Positions 50,076 to 63,157 of a DNA stretch of 64,000 nucleotides are shown here, piece by piece (position 1 is the stretch's first letter; each line of letters starts with the position of its first letter). The position numbers were made by a program, and so were the translations under genes. Below the pieces are notes generated by a model. The model was not told the DNA's origin. It was given only the letters and a program-made list of their open reading frames with translations, and ran no database searches. Source of the stretch: Harriotta raleighana (lineage: Eukaryota); the NCBI GenBank assembly GCA_050575255.1, contig JBNZDD010013480.1, positions 285,516 to 349,515 of the forward strand, in the 5' to 3' direction.

Positions 50076-53021
50076 TATATACAAATGTCAAAAGAGCAAC
50101 AACAAGGAAATGCTCCAACAAGCCCATCATGGCAAATCCCAGAAATATAACAAAACCAACTCAAAACCCGTGTCTCACACTCAGTATTTAAAGGTGACCG
50201 ATCATAATTCCCTGCACCACACAGGCTGCATAATAACTGCGGAAAAACTGCAGCCTGTATTCCTCCTCCCCATAAAGAAGCCTGTTGATACACTGCTTTA
50301 CCCCAAACACGTTCTTAAACTGAACAAAGACAAAATCTTCCATATATTTGTTTATCCCTTGCATGAGTAGCTTCTTTGCACCAAGCCGGACTTAATACCA
50401 ATCTAACTTTGTTGTGGATATGTCAAGCACTCTGATCCCCCTTGATGTTTAAGATGTAGTACTGCAGCTGGAACTGTTCACCTGCCTTCAGCAATGTTTC
50501 CATGTTATAGCATCTTCTAAGTGAGGCAGCATGATACTATAACCTTTTAATGCCGAGGATACTTACGTGCCTTAAAATGGATTAAAAAGAATCCAAAAGA
50601 CAATTGGAGCAATTGTGTAATACATGTGCAACTTCTTCAAAGTAATGTATGAAGCCTGGTAAATGAAAGGAAAAAAGACAGCTCTTGTGTCAAAAAATTT
50701 TGGGGGGATTTTAAAATCGAGAGGATTCAGTTTTTTGCCAGACATTCTACAAGCACCAAGATATTTTCTGCTTTTGACACAAGTTGCCTTTTGCATTTGC
50801 CTCTGTGAGCAGCAAATTGTGCTCAGGCAGCCAGTCAGAACCCTGCAAACTGCCCAATAAAAGGTAATTGTTCTGCTCTCTTTCAATGGCTTTTGACAGC
50901 TTCAGTAAATTTGAGTTTATTTTGGGCTCACGTAATGGAGAATGCAGCGAAATGAAATGGAGCCGGGTGTTTGAATGGAAGTCTTTAATCAGATGCATCT
51001 TCTTAGTTTTTCAAGTGCCTATCATATCCCACAACCAGTCTTGAAGAGCCCTCCATTTACCCTCTTCCCCTAATTAAATGTGCACTTCATTAATGTAAAT
51101 TGGGGGGTTTAATGCTCTTGTTGAAATTCTGAAGAAAGTGCTGTAGCTTTACGAAATGCTTGAGCATCGTTGCAAATTAGATTAGGGACCAAGAAAGGCA
51201 GTAAAATTAGAATGATAATGGTTGATATGGCTTCCTGACAGGCATGACTATTCAGAGATCAATGCAAAGGAGAGCAGTTCCTTTGGCCTACGAAAGACAG
51301 AGACTAACGTCAGCCTACAGATGTTGCTTGTGGAAGCACTTTAAATTAGTTTAATTTGGTAAATCGTAGAGATTTAAAGGACATTAGCTGGGTAGATACA
51401 AGACAGGAATACATTTAATCTTTTTATTGAAACATAAAATGGATTGGACAAATGCATATGCCGAGCAGATTGAGCAGCTTTTCATTTAAAAGTTGGTTAA
51501 GGAGAAGTGGGGCCCAGGAACATAGACTTTGCTGTAGCTATTTCATCAGTTTTAACAAAGGACAATTAATTGACTGGACAGCAATGTTGAACCTGAAATC
51601 GGGGAAGGTTAAATGTATTGATTTATTTATGCTATTGACTCATATCCCCGACTGTTAATAACTCACAATAGAACCATGGCTACAGTGCCTGTTTTCAACT
51701 GCAACCTCTCTGTGCCTCAACGATTAGGTGAGGCGTTGTGGATCACCATGACGTATTCAGCCTGTAAAGCAGCTTAAGCATATAAGAACATTACGTTTGG
51801 GTGCCAATACCAGATTGACCCTTATTCATAAAGTGCAAATGGCTGGAAGTAGAACAGAATGGTTGCTAGCGATTCCCTTTTATGTGCAGTTTAGTGTCTT
51901 TGATTTCTCCCCTTTCTTCCTTTAATCTGACATCAGTGGCTTAATAAGTTTGCACTCTGAGTAAACAGGCCAGTGCAAGCCCTTTTAACACAGAGTCACG
52001 GGAAAGGCTGACATTAAAGGGTTTGCTCTGAGAATTAAACAACTTAAGATCGGATGAGAACACTGGCCCTGGATGGTGTTGTGTGCCAATCGGTTTGCAT
52101 AAGATGTTTTGCTTTCTGCTTTATCCTCTGTCCTGAAACACATTTCACATGATGCACCTGTACACAAGAATGACTAATTTAAAGACTTTAGTCCTTCTTT
52201 AAAAATGCATGATCCTGTAGAGGGCTTAAAGTCAAGGTGAAAAATGTCAGTTCAAACTTCTTTCTTTTACCAGTTGTGCTCTCACTCGATTCAAATTTCT
52301 GCAACCTTTAAACAACAACTTGCATTGTGTTTATGTAGTGCCTTTCACGTAGGTTACCATCCTTGGACTCTTTAACCAGGCTTTGCAAACTTTATGTAAA
52401 AACATTTTTTCAATAAGGTGCAATAAACAGATTAAATTTTTTAATAGTAAACTGCGATGGAGTTTGTTTTTAAATCAATGCCACTACAAAAATCTGTAGA
52501 ACTGCAATGCTAACTGATGTCAAATTAATTCTGTAATTCACAAACTATCTCTGATAGGTACTTGATTCTTTTTCCTGCCTTTGCCTCAGGAACTTAGTTT
52601 CATCAGCCATTCTATTGAGTGCTGCCTGCTGATATGTCCCCAGCTTTCTGCTGTTCTCACTCACAGCTGAATACCAGGAGGCTGGACTTTCTCTCGAGTT
52701 TGTAGTAAATACCCAGTTTCCATTCAGTGTCCCATCCAGTCAGCCTAACAGGGGCAAGAGTCATGCGTTGGCTATGTGTGGGGTTGACTGAGGGGAGTGA
52801 AAGGGAAGCAGCTAACCATTACAGTCACACACTGGATGTTGGTTTGGAACGTGCTTACCTCTTTTTTGTTCCTATTCTCTCCCTCATTTCACCGTCCTCT
52901 GAATCTTTGCTTGACAAAATTAGCAGAACTGCCCCTTGAACATTACTAGTGCCATGCTCAAAGCAGTCATTAGGTGGCGTGTGGAAGCAATCCCCTGACT
53001 CTGAAGATATGCCCTTTCAGG

Positions 53022-53412
53022 ATCATAGAAGTATTGAAGGAGGCCATTCAGCCCATCATGTCTGTGCTAGCTCTTTGAAAGCAGTATCTAACTAGACCAA
53101 CTCCTTGCAACTTGTTTTTTTCAAATATTTATCCAATTCCCTTTTGAAAGTTATTATTGAATCTGCTTCCACCAACCATTTCAGGCACTGCATTCCAGAT
53201 TGTATCAACTCACTGCATAAAAAAATTACTCATCTCTACTCTTTTGCCAATTATCTTGAATCAGTGTCCTCTAGATACTGACCCACCTGCCAGTGGAAAC
53301 AGTTTCTACTTATTTACTCTATCAAAACTCCTCATAATTTTGAACACCTCAATTAGATGTCCGCTTACCCTTATCTTTTGTAAGGATAACAATCCCAGCT
53401 TCTCTAGTCTTC
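53022..53412 (-). mobile_element. CR1 LINE 3' end
   Basis: catagaag..gaaggaggccattcagcccatcatgtctgtgc..ttgaatctgcttccacc..cctcataattttgaacacctc..aacaatcccagcttctc. Confidence 0.88.
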
Positions 53413-54509
53413 CTTGAATGTGAATCAGGCTTCTTTTGTATGCAAGTTGTAATATTCCCTGTGACAGCAGAGTGTAGAATGGCCTGTCTTATGAATGTTG
53501 GTATCAGAAGCAGTTGGTTCCGGCAGTGTGACAAAGTTTGATCTGGAGTTAGCTTCACTGAAGTGGATTGGAGAGGAACACGGAAACCTTGGTTCACATA
53601 AACTGTCATTTGTGATAATTATCACATCATATGTCACTTTTTTTATTTATTACTGGGAGCTCTTTGGCATACACATTTTTTGGATTTTTATTTAAAAATT
53701 GAGTTCACCTACAAAATACACAGTTACTGCAGGTAACAATAAGCCCTGTGAGATGATTTGAGACGTCCTCCCAAAGTGAAAGACACTATATCAAATGGAA
53801 GAATTACTGTTATTTTTGTTCTGTTTCACCATCTTTACTCAATATGCCTTGAAACCCGCAATCATGATTTCTATCTACCACCTCACTGTAAGAATGATGT
53901 GATGAATATCACCTGGAGTACATTTGTCACCAGTAACAACTTGCAATTAATTGTAAATCATTGTTTCAATTTAAAAAATAGACCTCAGAGCACATTTTTT
54001 GAAAATCCTTCTCTGTTTGAATAGTATCATGGCATTTTTAATGTCCACCTGGTAACGTCTCATCCAATAGACAGCATCACACCTCCAACAATTCCCCAAA
54101 ACTAGAGCATCAGCTCAGAACATGTTAAGCATCTTGGAACGTCCATCTGATATGAAAGGTGCTATAAGCATGTGAATTTATATTGTATTATTTAACAGTG
54201 GGAGCACTGGACACCAGGCAAGGTGTGGATGAAAGAAATTTAGAGACAAAAGAGAGATTAGAATCACAGAATTTTGCAACACAGAAGTAGACTATTTGGC
54301 TCATTGTGCCTGCGCTGACTCTTTGAAAAGAGCTATCCAACTCCCCCATTCTCTCCCGAAATGTGGTGCACAGCAGGCTTTGCTTTCAATACAGGAGCAA
54401 AGGGCCTGAGGTCCTCCTTGAGTCCAAAATCGAGGGCATCCATTCAGCTGCCACTGCACACCCAATTTCCACCCCTTCCCAACCTCACCCCACACTCCGA
54501 CTCCTACCC

Positions 54510-56180
54510 ATTCTTCCTTCCACATCTTCGAACCTGTCACTTCCTCCTCTGTCATCACCACCATATCCACCATGAAGCTCACCACCTGTTCCCTGGACCT
54601 CAACTCCACCCCTCTCATTTCCTCCCACCTCCACCTCTACCTCCTTGTCCCACTACTCACTGACACCATCAACCTCTCCTTATCATCGAGCAACGCCCTT
54701 CAAAACAGCCACTATCAATCCCACCGTGAAGAAAGCTTCACTTGATGCATCACAGCTCTTCAAATACCAGCCCATCTCCAACCTCCTGTTTCTGTCCAAG
54801 ATCCTTGAAAGAGTCATTGCCTCCCAGCTTCACTCTTTCCTCTCCTCCCAGTCCCTCCATGAATCTCTCCAACTGGGCTTCCGTGCTGCCCACAGGAAAC
54901 GGTCCATGGAAACTGCTATAGGCAAGGTCACAAATGACATCCTGACCATGTGTGATCAAGGCTCTCTCTGTCTCCTCGTCCACATCGACCTCTCTGCCGC
55001 CTTTGACACCGTAGACCATTCAATCCTCCTCAACTGCCTTTCCCACCTTCCATCCTTGATTGGTTCAGGTCCTATCTTTCAAATCGTCTCCACTTTGTTT
55101 CTGCCAACAGCTTATCTTCCAACCCCTGCACCATCTTGTGCGGCACTATTCACACTGTCCTAGGTCCCCTCCTCTTCACCCTCTACCTGCTCCCCCTCAG
55201 TGACATCATTCGCAGACATGAGGTAAATCTCCACATGTACGCGGATGACACCAGTTCTGCCTCTCCGCCACCACCCTCAACTCCAGAACTACTGGTGCCC
55301 TGACAGACTGCCTGTCTGATATTGAGTCCTGGACGAGGGACAACTTTCTCCAGCTCAATGTCAGCAAGACAGAAGCCATCCTGATTGGCTCGTGTCAGCT
55401 CTTCCACAACTCGGGAGCTGGCAGCATCAGCATCCATGGCTGCCCACTCCACCTCACAAAGCCAGTCAGGAACCTGGATGTCTTGTTTTACTCTGAACTG
55501 ACTTTCTCCCCCACATCCGCACTGCTTTCCACCACATCCACAACATTGCCAGACTCTGCCACTATCTCACACCTCAGGCTGCCAAAATCCTCAACCATCC
55601 ATTCTTCACATGAAGGCTTAATTATGGAAACTCCCTCCTCGTCGTCCTTCCCAACTCTTCCATTTACAAGTTGCAGATCATCAAAACTCTGCAGCTTGTG
55701 TCCTCTCTTGCACCAAGCTTTGCGACCCCATCACTCTCACCCTCGCCCAGCTCCATTGGCTCCCCACCCGCCAGAGGATAGACTTCAGGATCCTTGTCCT
55801 TGCTTTCAAGGCCATTGAAGGCCTTTCTGACCTGCTGACTCCCTACCAACCTGCCCGCTCCCTCCATTCAGTGGGCTCTGATCTGCTCCACGTCTCTTGC
55901 CTGACGCACCCGACCATCAGTGGCCGGGCTTTCAGCTTTTCGGCCCCCACAGTCTGGAACTCAATCTCACAATCCCTCCACCTCACTTCCTCCTTTGCCT
56001 CCTTCAAGGCCGGTTCTCAAGACCCTCCTTTTCGACCGTGCCTTCAGCTACCCTCCCACCTTTCTCCTTCTCCTCACCCCTATCTCCCCTCTCCCACATG
56101 CTCAGGTCCCAACCCCTGACTGTTCAGTGCCTTGGGACATCCCAATGTGAAAGGTGCTCTATAAATCAAATTTTGTTGTC
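54510..56180 (+). mobile_element. Longest L2 LINE copy (~1.7 kb): RT domain to 3' tail, frameshifted
   Basis: [69 protein letters not shown]; atgtacgcggatgacacc (YADDT) near 55235; tail at 56120-56180. Confidence 0.95.
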
Positions 56181-56299
56181 GGTGCGATAAATAAGAATAT
56201 GAACAGGAGAAAGACAGACTAAGGTATTCTGTTAAAAGAGCACAGTGAGTGAGTGCAATGTTATTTCAGATGAATCTAGAAAGGACATATTTTTACAGT

Positions 56300-56740
56300 A
56301 ATAGTAATCTTTGCATTTGACATAGCTTTCAACCAATCTTTGCCAGTTTGAGATGTCCTCCCTCATGTCTCAAACTGCTTGACGGGTTTCAGTATATAGT
56401 GTGGTGCCTGTTTTTTGCAGGCAAACATAGCGGAAAGTGTGCACACAGCAATGTTTCATAAACAGCAATGAACTGAATTTATTTGGGGACTGTTGACCAG
56501 GATACCAGGAGAAACTAATGCCCTTCTCTTTTTGAAAAGTGCCGTTGAACCTTTAATGTCCATCTGAACAGGTAGATGAGACGAGGTTTACATCTCAACC
56601 AATAGATAGAACAATGCTTTACTGGCACTCCACTGGAGTGTCAACCCAGAACGTGAGCTCAAAGCCCTTACATGGGTTTGAACTCACAAACTTGTGCCTT
56701 AGAGATCAAATTACTACTAGCTGAGTCAGGTCAACATTTA
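56300..56740 (-). mobile_element. Old Deu-type SINE
   Basis: Antisense tail, ctttaatgtccatctgaacaggtagatgag core, and head ..ctagctgagtcaggtcaac. Confidence 0.7.
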
Positions 56741-57264
56741 ACAGTGGAGAAATCTGGCAAAGATTAGAAGGAATACAATCATATTGGATATGCAGCTGCT
56801 AGAAGCATTCAGAGTTGCAAAGACTCATGCTCATGTGACTGTGTTTGACACAGGCATGAGGTCTGTTGCTTGAATCCAATCTTCATCAGGGTAACTTGAT
56901 TTTAACATGCAATTTATATACTTAGCTGCTATAAAACAAATCACACAACACCTCAGTGAAATGTAGGCAATTGGCTTTATGTGAGTCATGCAGTTATTTC
57001 AATGCAAGTTGTAACTAACCTGTGTTTATAGATCTAATTTAAACCATGAAATGGATCGGCAATCTGATGGGTTTCAGCGCTCCCTGGCACAGAATGACTG
57101 AACTCATCCTGAGTTTTCAACACTGAGGAGCTGCTCCTGGAGTTAGTCCTGGCAAACAATGGAACACATTACTCCAAGCTTCAACAGCAGATTCAGCTCT
57201 CTTGAAATGCTGCCTCTCAGATAAGGTCACTCTCTTGTATTATTAGCAAGTGCATATATGATAC

Positions 57265-57640
57265 AATAAGAATCCTTGGATTTGATATAGCATCTATTAT
57301 ATTAAGAATGTCTCAAAGCAATTTGTAGGATTCACTGATTTACAGTTAAGTTTAGTGACTGTGTATGGATAGCAAATCCAGCAGCCAGTTTGGACCCAGC
57401 AATGTTCCACAAACAGCCATGAAGTGAATGATCATAGGTATTTGTGATTTTGTTGGCCAGGATACTGGGATAAACTCCCTTCTCTTTTTCCAAATTGTGT
57501 CATGGGATCTTTAATTTCTATTTGAACAGGCACACGTCTCATCTCAGTTTAATGTCTTATGTGAAGGTCGGCACCTCTGATAATTAAGCATTCCTCCAAC
57601 ACTGCGCTGGAGACTCAGCCTAAGCTATCAGCTCAATATG
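57265..57640 (-). mobile_element. Old Deu-type SINE
   Basis: aatccttggatttgatatagc..gtcatgggatctttaa..cggcacctctga..ctcagcctaag. Confidence 0.72.
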
Positions 57641-58081
57641 AATTGAGAGTGAAAAAAAACTGGATTAAACCTTCCCTTTAAAGGGGGCCCATGAGATTCT
57701 TTGCTAATACATTTTCCCCAGCCCAATTTTACTAGCCCAGAACTAGAGCTATTTGTGAGTGAGTGAGATAATATGACAATTGCCAGCAAATGCTCAGAAG
57801 TACCGTAATGATATGCTTCAACTGTGGTCAGAACAATCTGATACTAGTTTAACTCTGTGTGCTACATTCTGGATACTGCAGTTCAATTCCATATCATTGT
57901 CTACATCTCAGGCTGTCCCTGATAACAACTGAAATTTAAGGTGAACTGAGACTCTTCATTCTGTGCTATAAAAGGAAATTCCTCAACCCCACTAAGAACT
58001 CCCATGTAGGGAGTTTTGTTTCTTTTCATCTTAATCAGTTTCTATTACACAAGCCTATGGAATCCATCAACAGCTTCACTT

Positions 58082-58480
58082 AACAACAATTAACAACAAC
58101 AACATTTAACATTTATATAGCGTTTCGGGAGGACAACTCAAAGCACTTTGCAGAACTGCCTGTCAGCTGTCCTGAACTGGGGGTGGGGGTATTGGTTAAA
58201 GTGGCTAAAATGCAGTAAAAAAGATACAGTAGTTGATAAGATGAGGATTCAATGTGGGTGAGGTATATGGATCCTAAAGGGCATAGAATAACTGAAAGCT
58301 CGACCACTAATGATGGAGTAGATTAACCAGGGGAGATGAAGACCAATATTTACTGAATGGAGGGAGCAGCTGAGGCAGAGGGTTACAGAGGTGCAGTGAA
58401 GTGAGATGGGGTGACATTGTGGAAGCATTTGAAAGTAAGGATGAAAATCTTGAATTGAATCCACCGGGGGATGGGGAGCT
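58082..58480 (-). mobile_element. Old L2 3' fragment
   Basis: (CAA)n tail; aaggatgaaaatcttgaattgaatcc is antisense of the IQFKI-type motif. Confidence 0.7.
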
Positions 58481-60246
58481 TAAGCTTCACTAATGTAGGA
58501 TAAACGTTCTGAAGTACTTCCGACAGACGATAAGGAGAATTTAAAAGTGCTGACCAAAACTTTGGTTAAGAAGATACAGTTTTAGAAATTTACAACAGTG
58601 AAGGAGGCCATTCGAACCATTATGTCTATTGTGGATCATTGAAAGAGCAGTCTATTAATACTAATCTCTGTGTTCCCTTGCTCCCATTTTTCTTTTTTAT
58701 CAATTTATTTAAAGATTCTTTTCTATTAAAAGCTGATATGGACGGCAAGAGGGTTTTGATGCTGGGAAGGAAAGCAAAGGGATTTTGTATAAATTCTAGA
58801 GAGCGGGTCATAGCTGAAAACTCAACCCATTTAGATTGAGAGACACTACAATCTTGACCCCATTAAATATTTCATACAGACCAGTCTTTGGTTTAGCATG
58901 ACAGTGGGTTGTCAGGTGAGGGTCACATACAATGAGTGCACACCCTCCTTGGATCAATTCTAGCAAATTTGTTGACATGGTTGAAGTGTTATTCTGCTCC
59001 ATTCCCTATATTCAGCAAATTATTGCTTGCTGCTTATAATTGCATGTAATGGATTTTTAAATTATAAGTCATGTTATCCTCTAAATTTAAGATTCAATTC
59101 CTTGTGCAGCATTGGGTGTTGGATATTAATAAGTGCACATCCACAAATGCGCTACTGAAAAACACATGGAACAGAACACCACTTAGCCCACATTAGCACC
59201 AGTAAGTGAATGGAACCGTGAAATTATAACCAAGGTTGGGATGATTTGTATCGTGATGCTCTGCTGACTGAATAAACTGTGCATCTGATACAGTCATATC
59301 TGTTCTGTGCTTCAACAATTGCAAGGTTTAGATGGCGTGCTCTGTACATGGACTAAGGTATAGGTGGAAAACCAGCCAAACAATGTTTGTTTTATTTTTA
59401 TCCCAACTAAAAGCACCATGGATTCGGTGAAATAAACTGATTTGCATGCTCCACCGTGCTGTATTACTGGGGTAAAGTCTTAACAGTATAAACACAACTT
59501 AATGGACTTCTCTAGTGTCAGAGCATCAATTAGCTATCCATACACAAACGTGGATGTAAATGTGATTTCTGAATTGTTCGGTCACATCGAAAGCTATTTT
59601 ATCCCCAAGGCTCGTGGTGATATTACGTATATATCTGTTTGATGTCAAACTGAGAAGATCAAACAGGGGAAGTTTTAGGTCTTTGCTCAGGTAGCATCAC
59701 CACTGATCTCGCTATGATTCCGTTTGAAAGCCAGTGGTCCTCTCCATCAGACTGTGGAGAAGCATATATAACAGGTGAGACAAAAGAATTGGTCACCAAT
59801 TATCAATGTCAGCTGCCTATTTAGGCGGATGATGTCTTATGATGTAAGTTCCAATAGGATAATTTATTCTTGTAAAAGGTAAGTTATAGTTGTATCCATT
59901 TCCATTTTCAATGTGTAGATTCCAAATACTGGATTAATATAGTGTGAAGGATGTGGAGAGGGTTTGCTACAATTAGCAGAGAAGGAGTACTGGGGAATTA
60001 GTATTCATATAGGTGCTGATCATGGTGCACATTTCCCCCACATGCATCAGAATGATTAAAGGGCAGGGTACAAAGGCATGGCCTTGGCAGTAAACGATCT
60101 GAGAAACTAGTGCAACAGGCTTGTTGGTCCCTATTACTGTTTCCTTACATTTCTATGTACCTAGAAGGATACGCATATTTTCTCAGGACAGAGGTATTCT
60201 GACTGTACTGTACCTGGGTTGAGCTGCCTTTCTTCAACAAGTGCAG

Positions 60247-60535
60247 ATAATAATAATAACAATAATAATAATCCTTGCATTTGATATAGTGCTTTTCACA
60301 TGTTCTAGACGTCTCAAAGCGCTTCACAGAATATACTGTAAAGTGTATGTATGTGGGCAAAACTGGTAGCCAATTGCGCAGCAGTGCCCCATAATCAGTC
60401 GTGGATTGAAATAACCAATTTTTTTTTTAGGGATTATTGTTAGTAAGGAAACTTGTCCAAGGTTTCACCCTGTTCTGGAATTGAACCCAGGTCTCTCGTT
60501 TGTAAGGCAAATGCTTGAACCACTGAGATGCAAGA
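60247..60535 (-). mobile_element. tRNA-derived SINE
   Basis: Antisense tail and body; head ..attgaacccagg..gaaccactgag. Confidence 0.9.
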
Positions 60536-61526
60536 CCCCCAGATTAAGGTTTGGTTCAGTCCAAGTATGACTTGTAACAGCATTGATGATGGTTGTGTAC
60601 ATTGCTAAATAAGAAATAACAGAGGAGGGCAGGAATCTGACTGGTTTCTTCTGTACAAAGAAAATGAATTCAAACAGTCTTCTTATTTGCTTCAATCAAA
60701 CTTGTGCTGTGGGAGGAAGGAGATGGGATTTGCAGGAGTCAGCACCAGTTAAGTGCTGGTGTTTAACAGGTTATGATATTTTCAGCGAGTCATAGAAAAT
60801 CTCAGTGGCATTTGTTGGCAGGAGTGCAATTTAAATCCCGTGTTCAGCACATCTCCAACTCCAGGGATGTCATCCTTAAATACTTTGATGTGCAGGAGAT
60901 TGCTTCCTTCAGTGAATCTCTTCACCTAAGTATTTTAAGAATCTGAAAGGTTTAGTTATTTGATTTTCTTCTTGGAACTTCCTGGGATGTCCTCCCGACG
61001 TATAAGGTGCTAAACAAATGTAATATTGTTGTTGTTGTTGTAACCATTTGCCTTATGATTATTATTTAAACAACATAATTATTTACTTGGATTGACTACC
61101 ATTTTACTCCCGGTGGGGAGGGGGAATAGGCAATAAACAGTCTCCATATCTATCACAATACTTTAATTAAGTACTTGGAATCTACTTATTGGAAATGACT
61201 ACAATTATATCTTACCTTTTAGGAGAATAAATCATCCTATTGGAATTTGGATACCAAATTCTCCTCCCAAATAGGCAGCAGATGTTCACATTTTTCTCAT
61301 CTCCTGAATGTTTTTGACTAATGTTGGGACATAATACGATAAGTGTTAGATGATCTCCAATTCATCAGTCAAATAGTCTTGATGTGTGAGTGGATAATAA
61401 TAACAATAGTAAGTTCTGCTAGCATATTTAATGCAAACATTTTTTCTGGGGTAAATTGCTAGTTTGTGATCAATAAAGGGAAGTTTGTGAGTGCTGGAAA
61501 ATGATGCACCATCCATGATTCAAATA

Positions 61527-62338
61527 CAGTAAAACCTAATTTATCCAGCACCCACGGTACCTGGCCAGTGGCGATTAAATTGTTTTTCTGGTTAAACGGA
61601 TTTATATTTAAAAAAATAAAAAAATATTTTAACCCATAATAGACTAAATAACAACAGAATATTGTATTAGTACTTTTATTTATACTTAACTTTGCAATTG
61701 CAGCCCTCACCCGACCTATTTTAGACCAATGTAGCAACTTAGACAAGCATCACTATGCGTGAGTTTCCATTAACAAGATAAAAACAAACGAGATAGGAAA
61801 AACCGTGACTTTTTCTCTCTCTGTCTCTCGCTCCCTCTCTGTGGGTGTGTATGTGTGTGTGTGTCTCTCTCTCTCTAGGGTGTGTCTCTTTCTGTCTCTC
61901 TCTGTCTATGTGTGANNNNNNNNNNNNNNNNNNNNNNNNNNNNNNNNNNNNNNNNNNNNNNNNNNNNNNNNNNNNNNNNNNNNNNNNNNNNNNNNNNNNN
62001 NNNNNNNNNNNNNNNNNNNNNNNNNNNNNNNNNNNNNNNNNNNNNNNNNNNNNNNNNNNNNNNNNGTGTGGGTGTCCTTTTATCTGTGTGTCCCTCTCAC
62101 TCACCTGTAAAAATGGCTGCTGCTCCAGGGCTCTGAGTGTCTCACCAGTTTAGACACGCCTAGTGGCGAACTGTGAGTACTGCATTCGCGAGTACTGCAC
62201 TCTCTTGGAAAAGTCCATTCATTAAATGCAATCACTATTTGCCGGATAAGTTACGGTTAATCGAATCGGGACTTTTTTGAGGTGGCGGTTGAACGGGTTT
62301 TCCGGTTCATCGAGTCATGGATAAACAAGGTTTTACTG
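61527..62338. mobile_element. Tc1/mariner (pogo/Tigger-like) non-autonomous element, copy 2 (inverted relative to copy 1)
   Basis: TA|CAGTAAAACCTAATTTATCC ... GGATAAACAAGGTTTTACTG|TA. TIR 18/20, TA on both sides, internal CT/GT microsatellite and an N gap. Confidence 0.9.
61916..62065. other. Assembly gap (150 N)
   Basis: Run of N within the MITE microsatellite. Confidence 1.
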
Positions 62339-63069
62339 TACATGGTGCAGTCTGGGAATATATTGCAATAGAATCCATCCCTGAATTTATATAGCCCTAA
62401 ACCTAGATCACCTTTTTTCAAGTTATTTCCACACTAAATGTGAAAGTGAATGAAGAGAAAACTTTCTAGAATTCAATATTCATCTTCCCCAATTTTTGCT
62501 CATCTAGTTAAGGTGCTGGCTGAAGTTATGGTGCGGTTCCCCAAACAACACGACTACCAACACCACTGAGTTTCACCCACAATGGTCATCCCTACTTCCC
62601 TTTTGCTAGGAATTCCCTCTTAAATACATCAACACTTTCTGCCTTCAAACGCAGCTCCTCACCACCCTCTACCTCAATAAATTCCTCCTAAACTCTCTAT
62701 CACCTACTTGTGGCTATCCTATGTTTGCATCCCCTTGCTTCTTAATGGTTTGAAAGGGTTTTCAACCATTGCAATTTACCTGTGCCATGCCTGAACAAGG
62801 ACTCTGAACCATTTTTTTCTGAAGTAGAATATTGTTGCCTTCTGTGGTGCTGCAATTGAGAGATTTGTTTAGTGCACTTTGGCATTCAATGGGGACACTG
62901 GATCAATTATGAAATATGTGAGTGGTTGTCACACGATTGATTACTTTTACAAGTCAGCTTTATAAGCAGCGGGGAGACAATCACAGAAATATCAAGGTTT
63001 AAATATAGTTTATTCCAATCTAATCAAATATCCACTTCATAAAAACATTGTGGGGCAGACATTCTACCG

Positions 63070-63157
63070 TGCCTCCGCCTTGCACCCTCCCTGGCCTCCT
63101 CAGGACGTCCTCTTGATGTGAAAGGCGCTATATAAATGTAATTTTATTGTTGTTGTT
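63070..63157 (+). mobile_element. L2 tail-only insertion
   Basis: ggacgtcctcttgatgtgaaaggcgctatataaatgtaattttattgttgttgtt. Confidence 0.82.

Noticed and set aside
51121-51176. Hammerhead-like string CTGAAGA..GAAA-TGCT-TG-AGCA-TC
   Set aside because: Stem III looks plausible, but stem II lacks a closing pair (A opposite C) and stem I does not pair. Probably chance.
54645-55163. 172-aa RT ORF as an active or domesticated gene
   Set aside because: Frameshifts and stops flank it, there is no endonuclease or 5' end, and conserved motifs are mutated.
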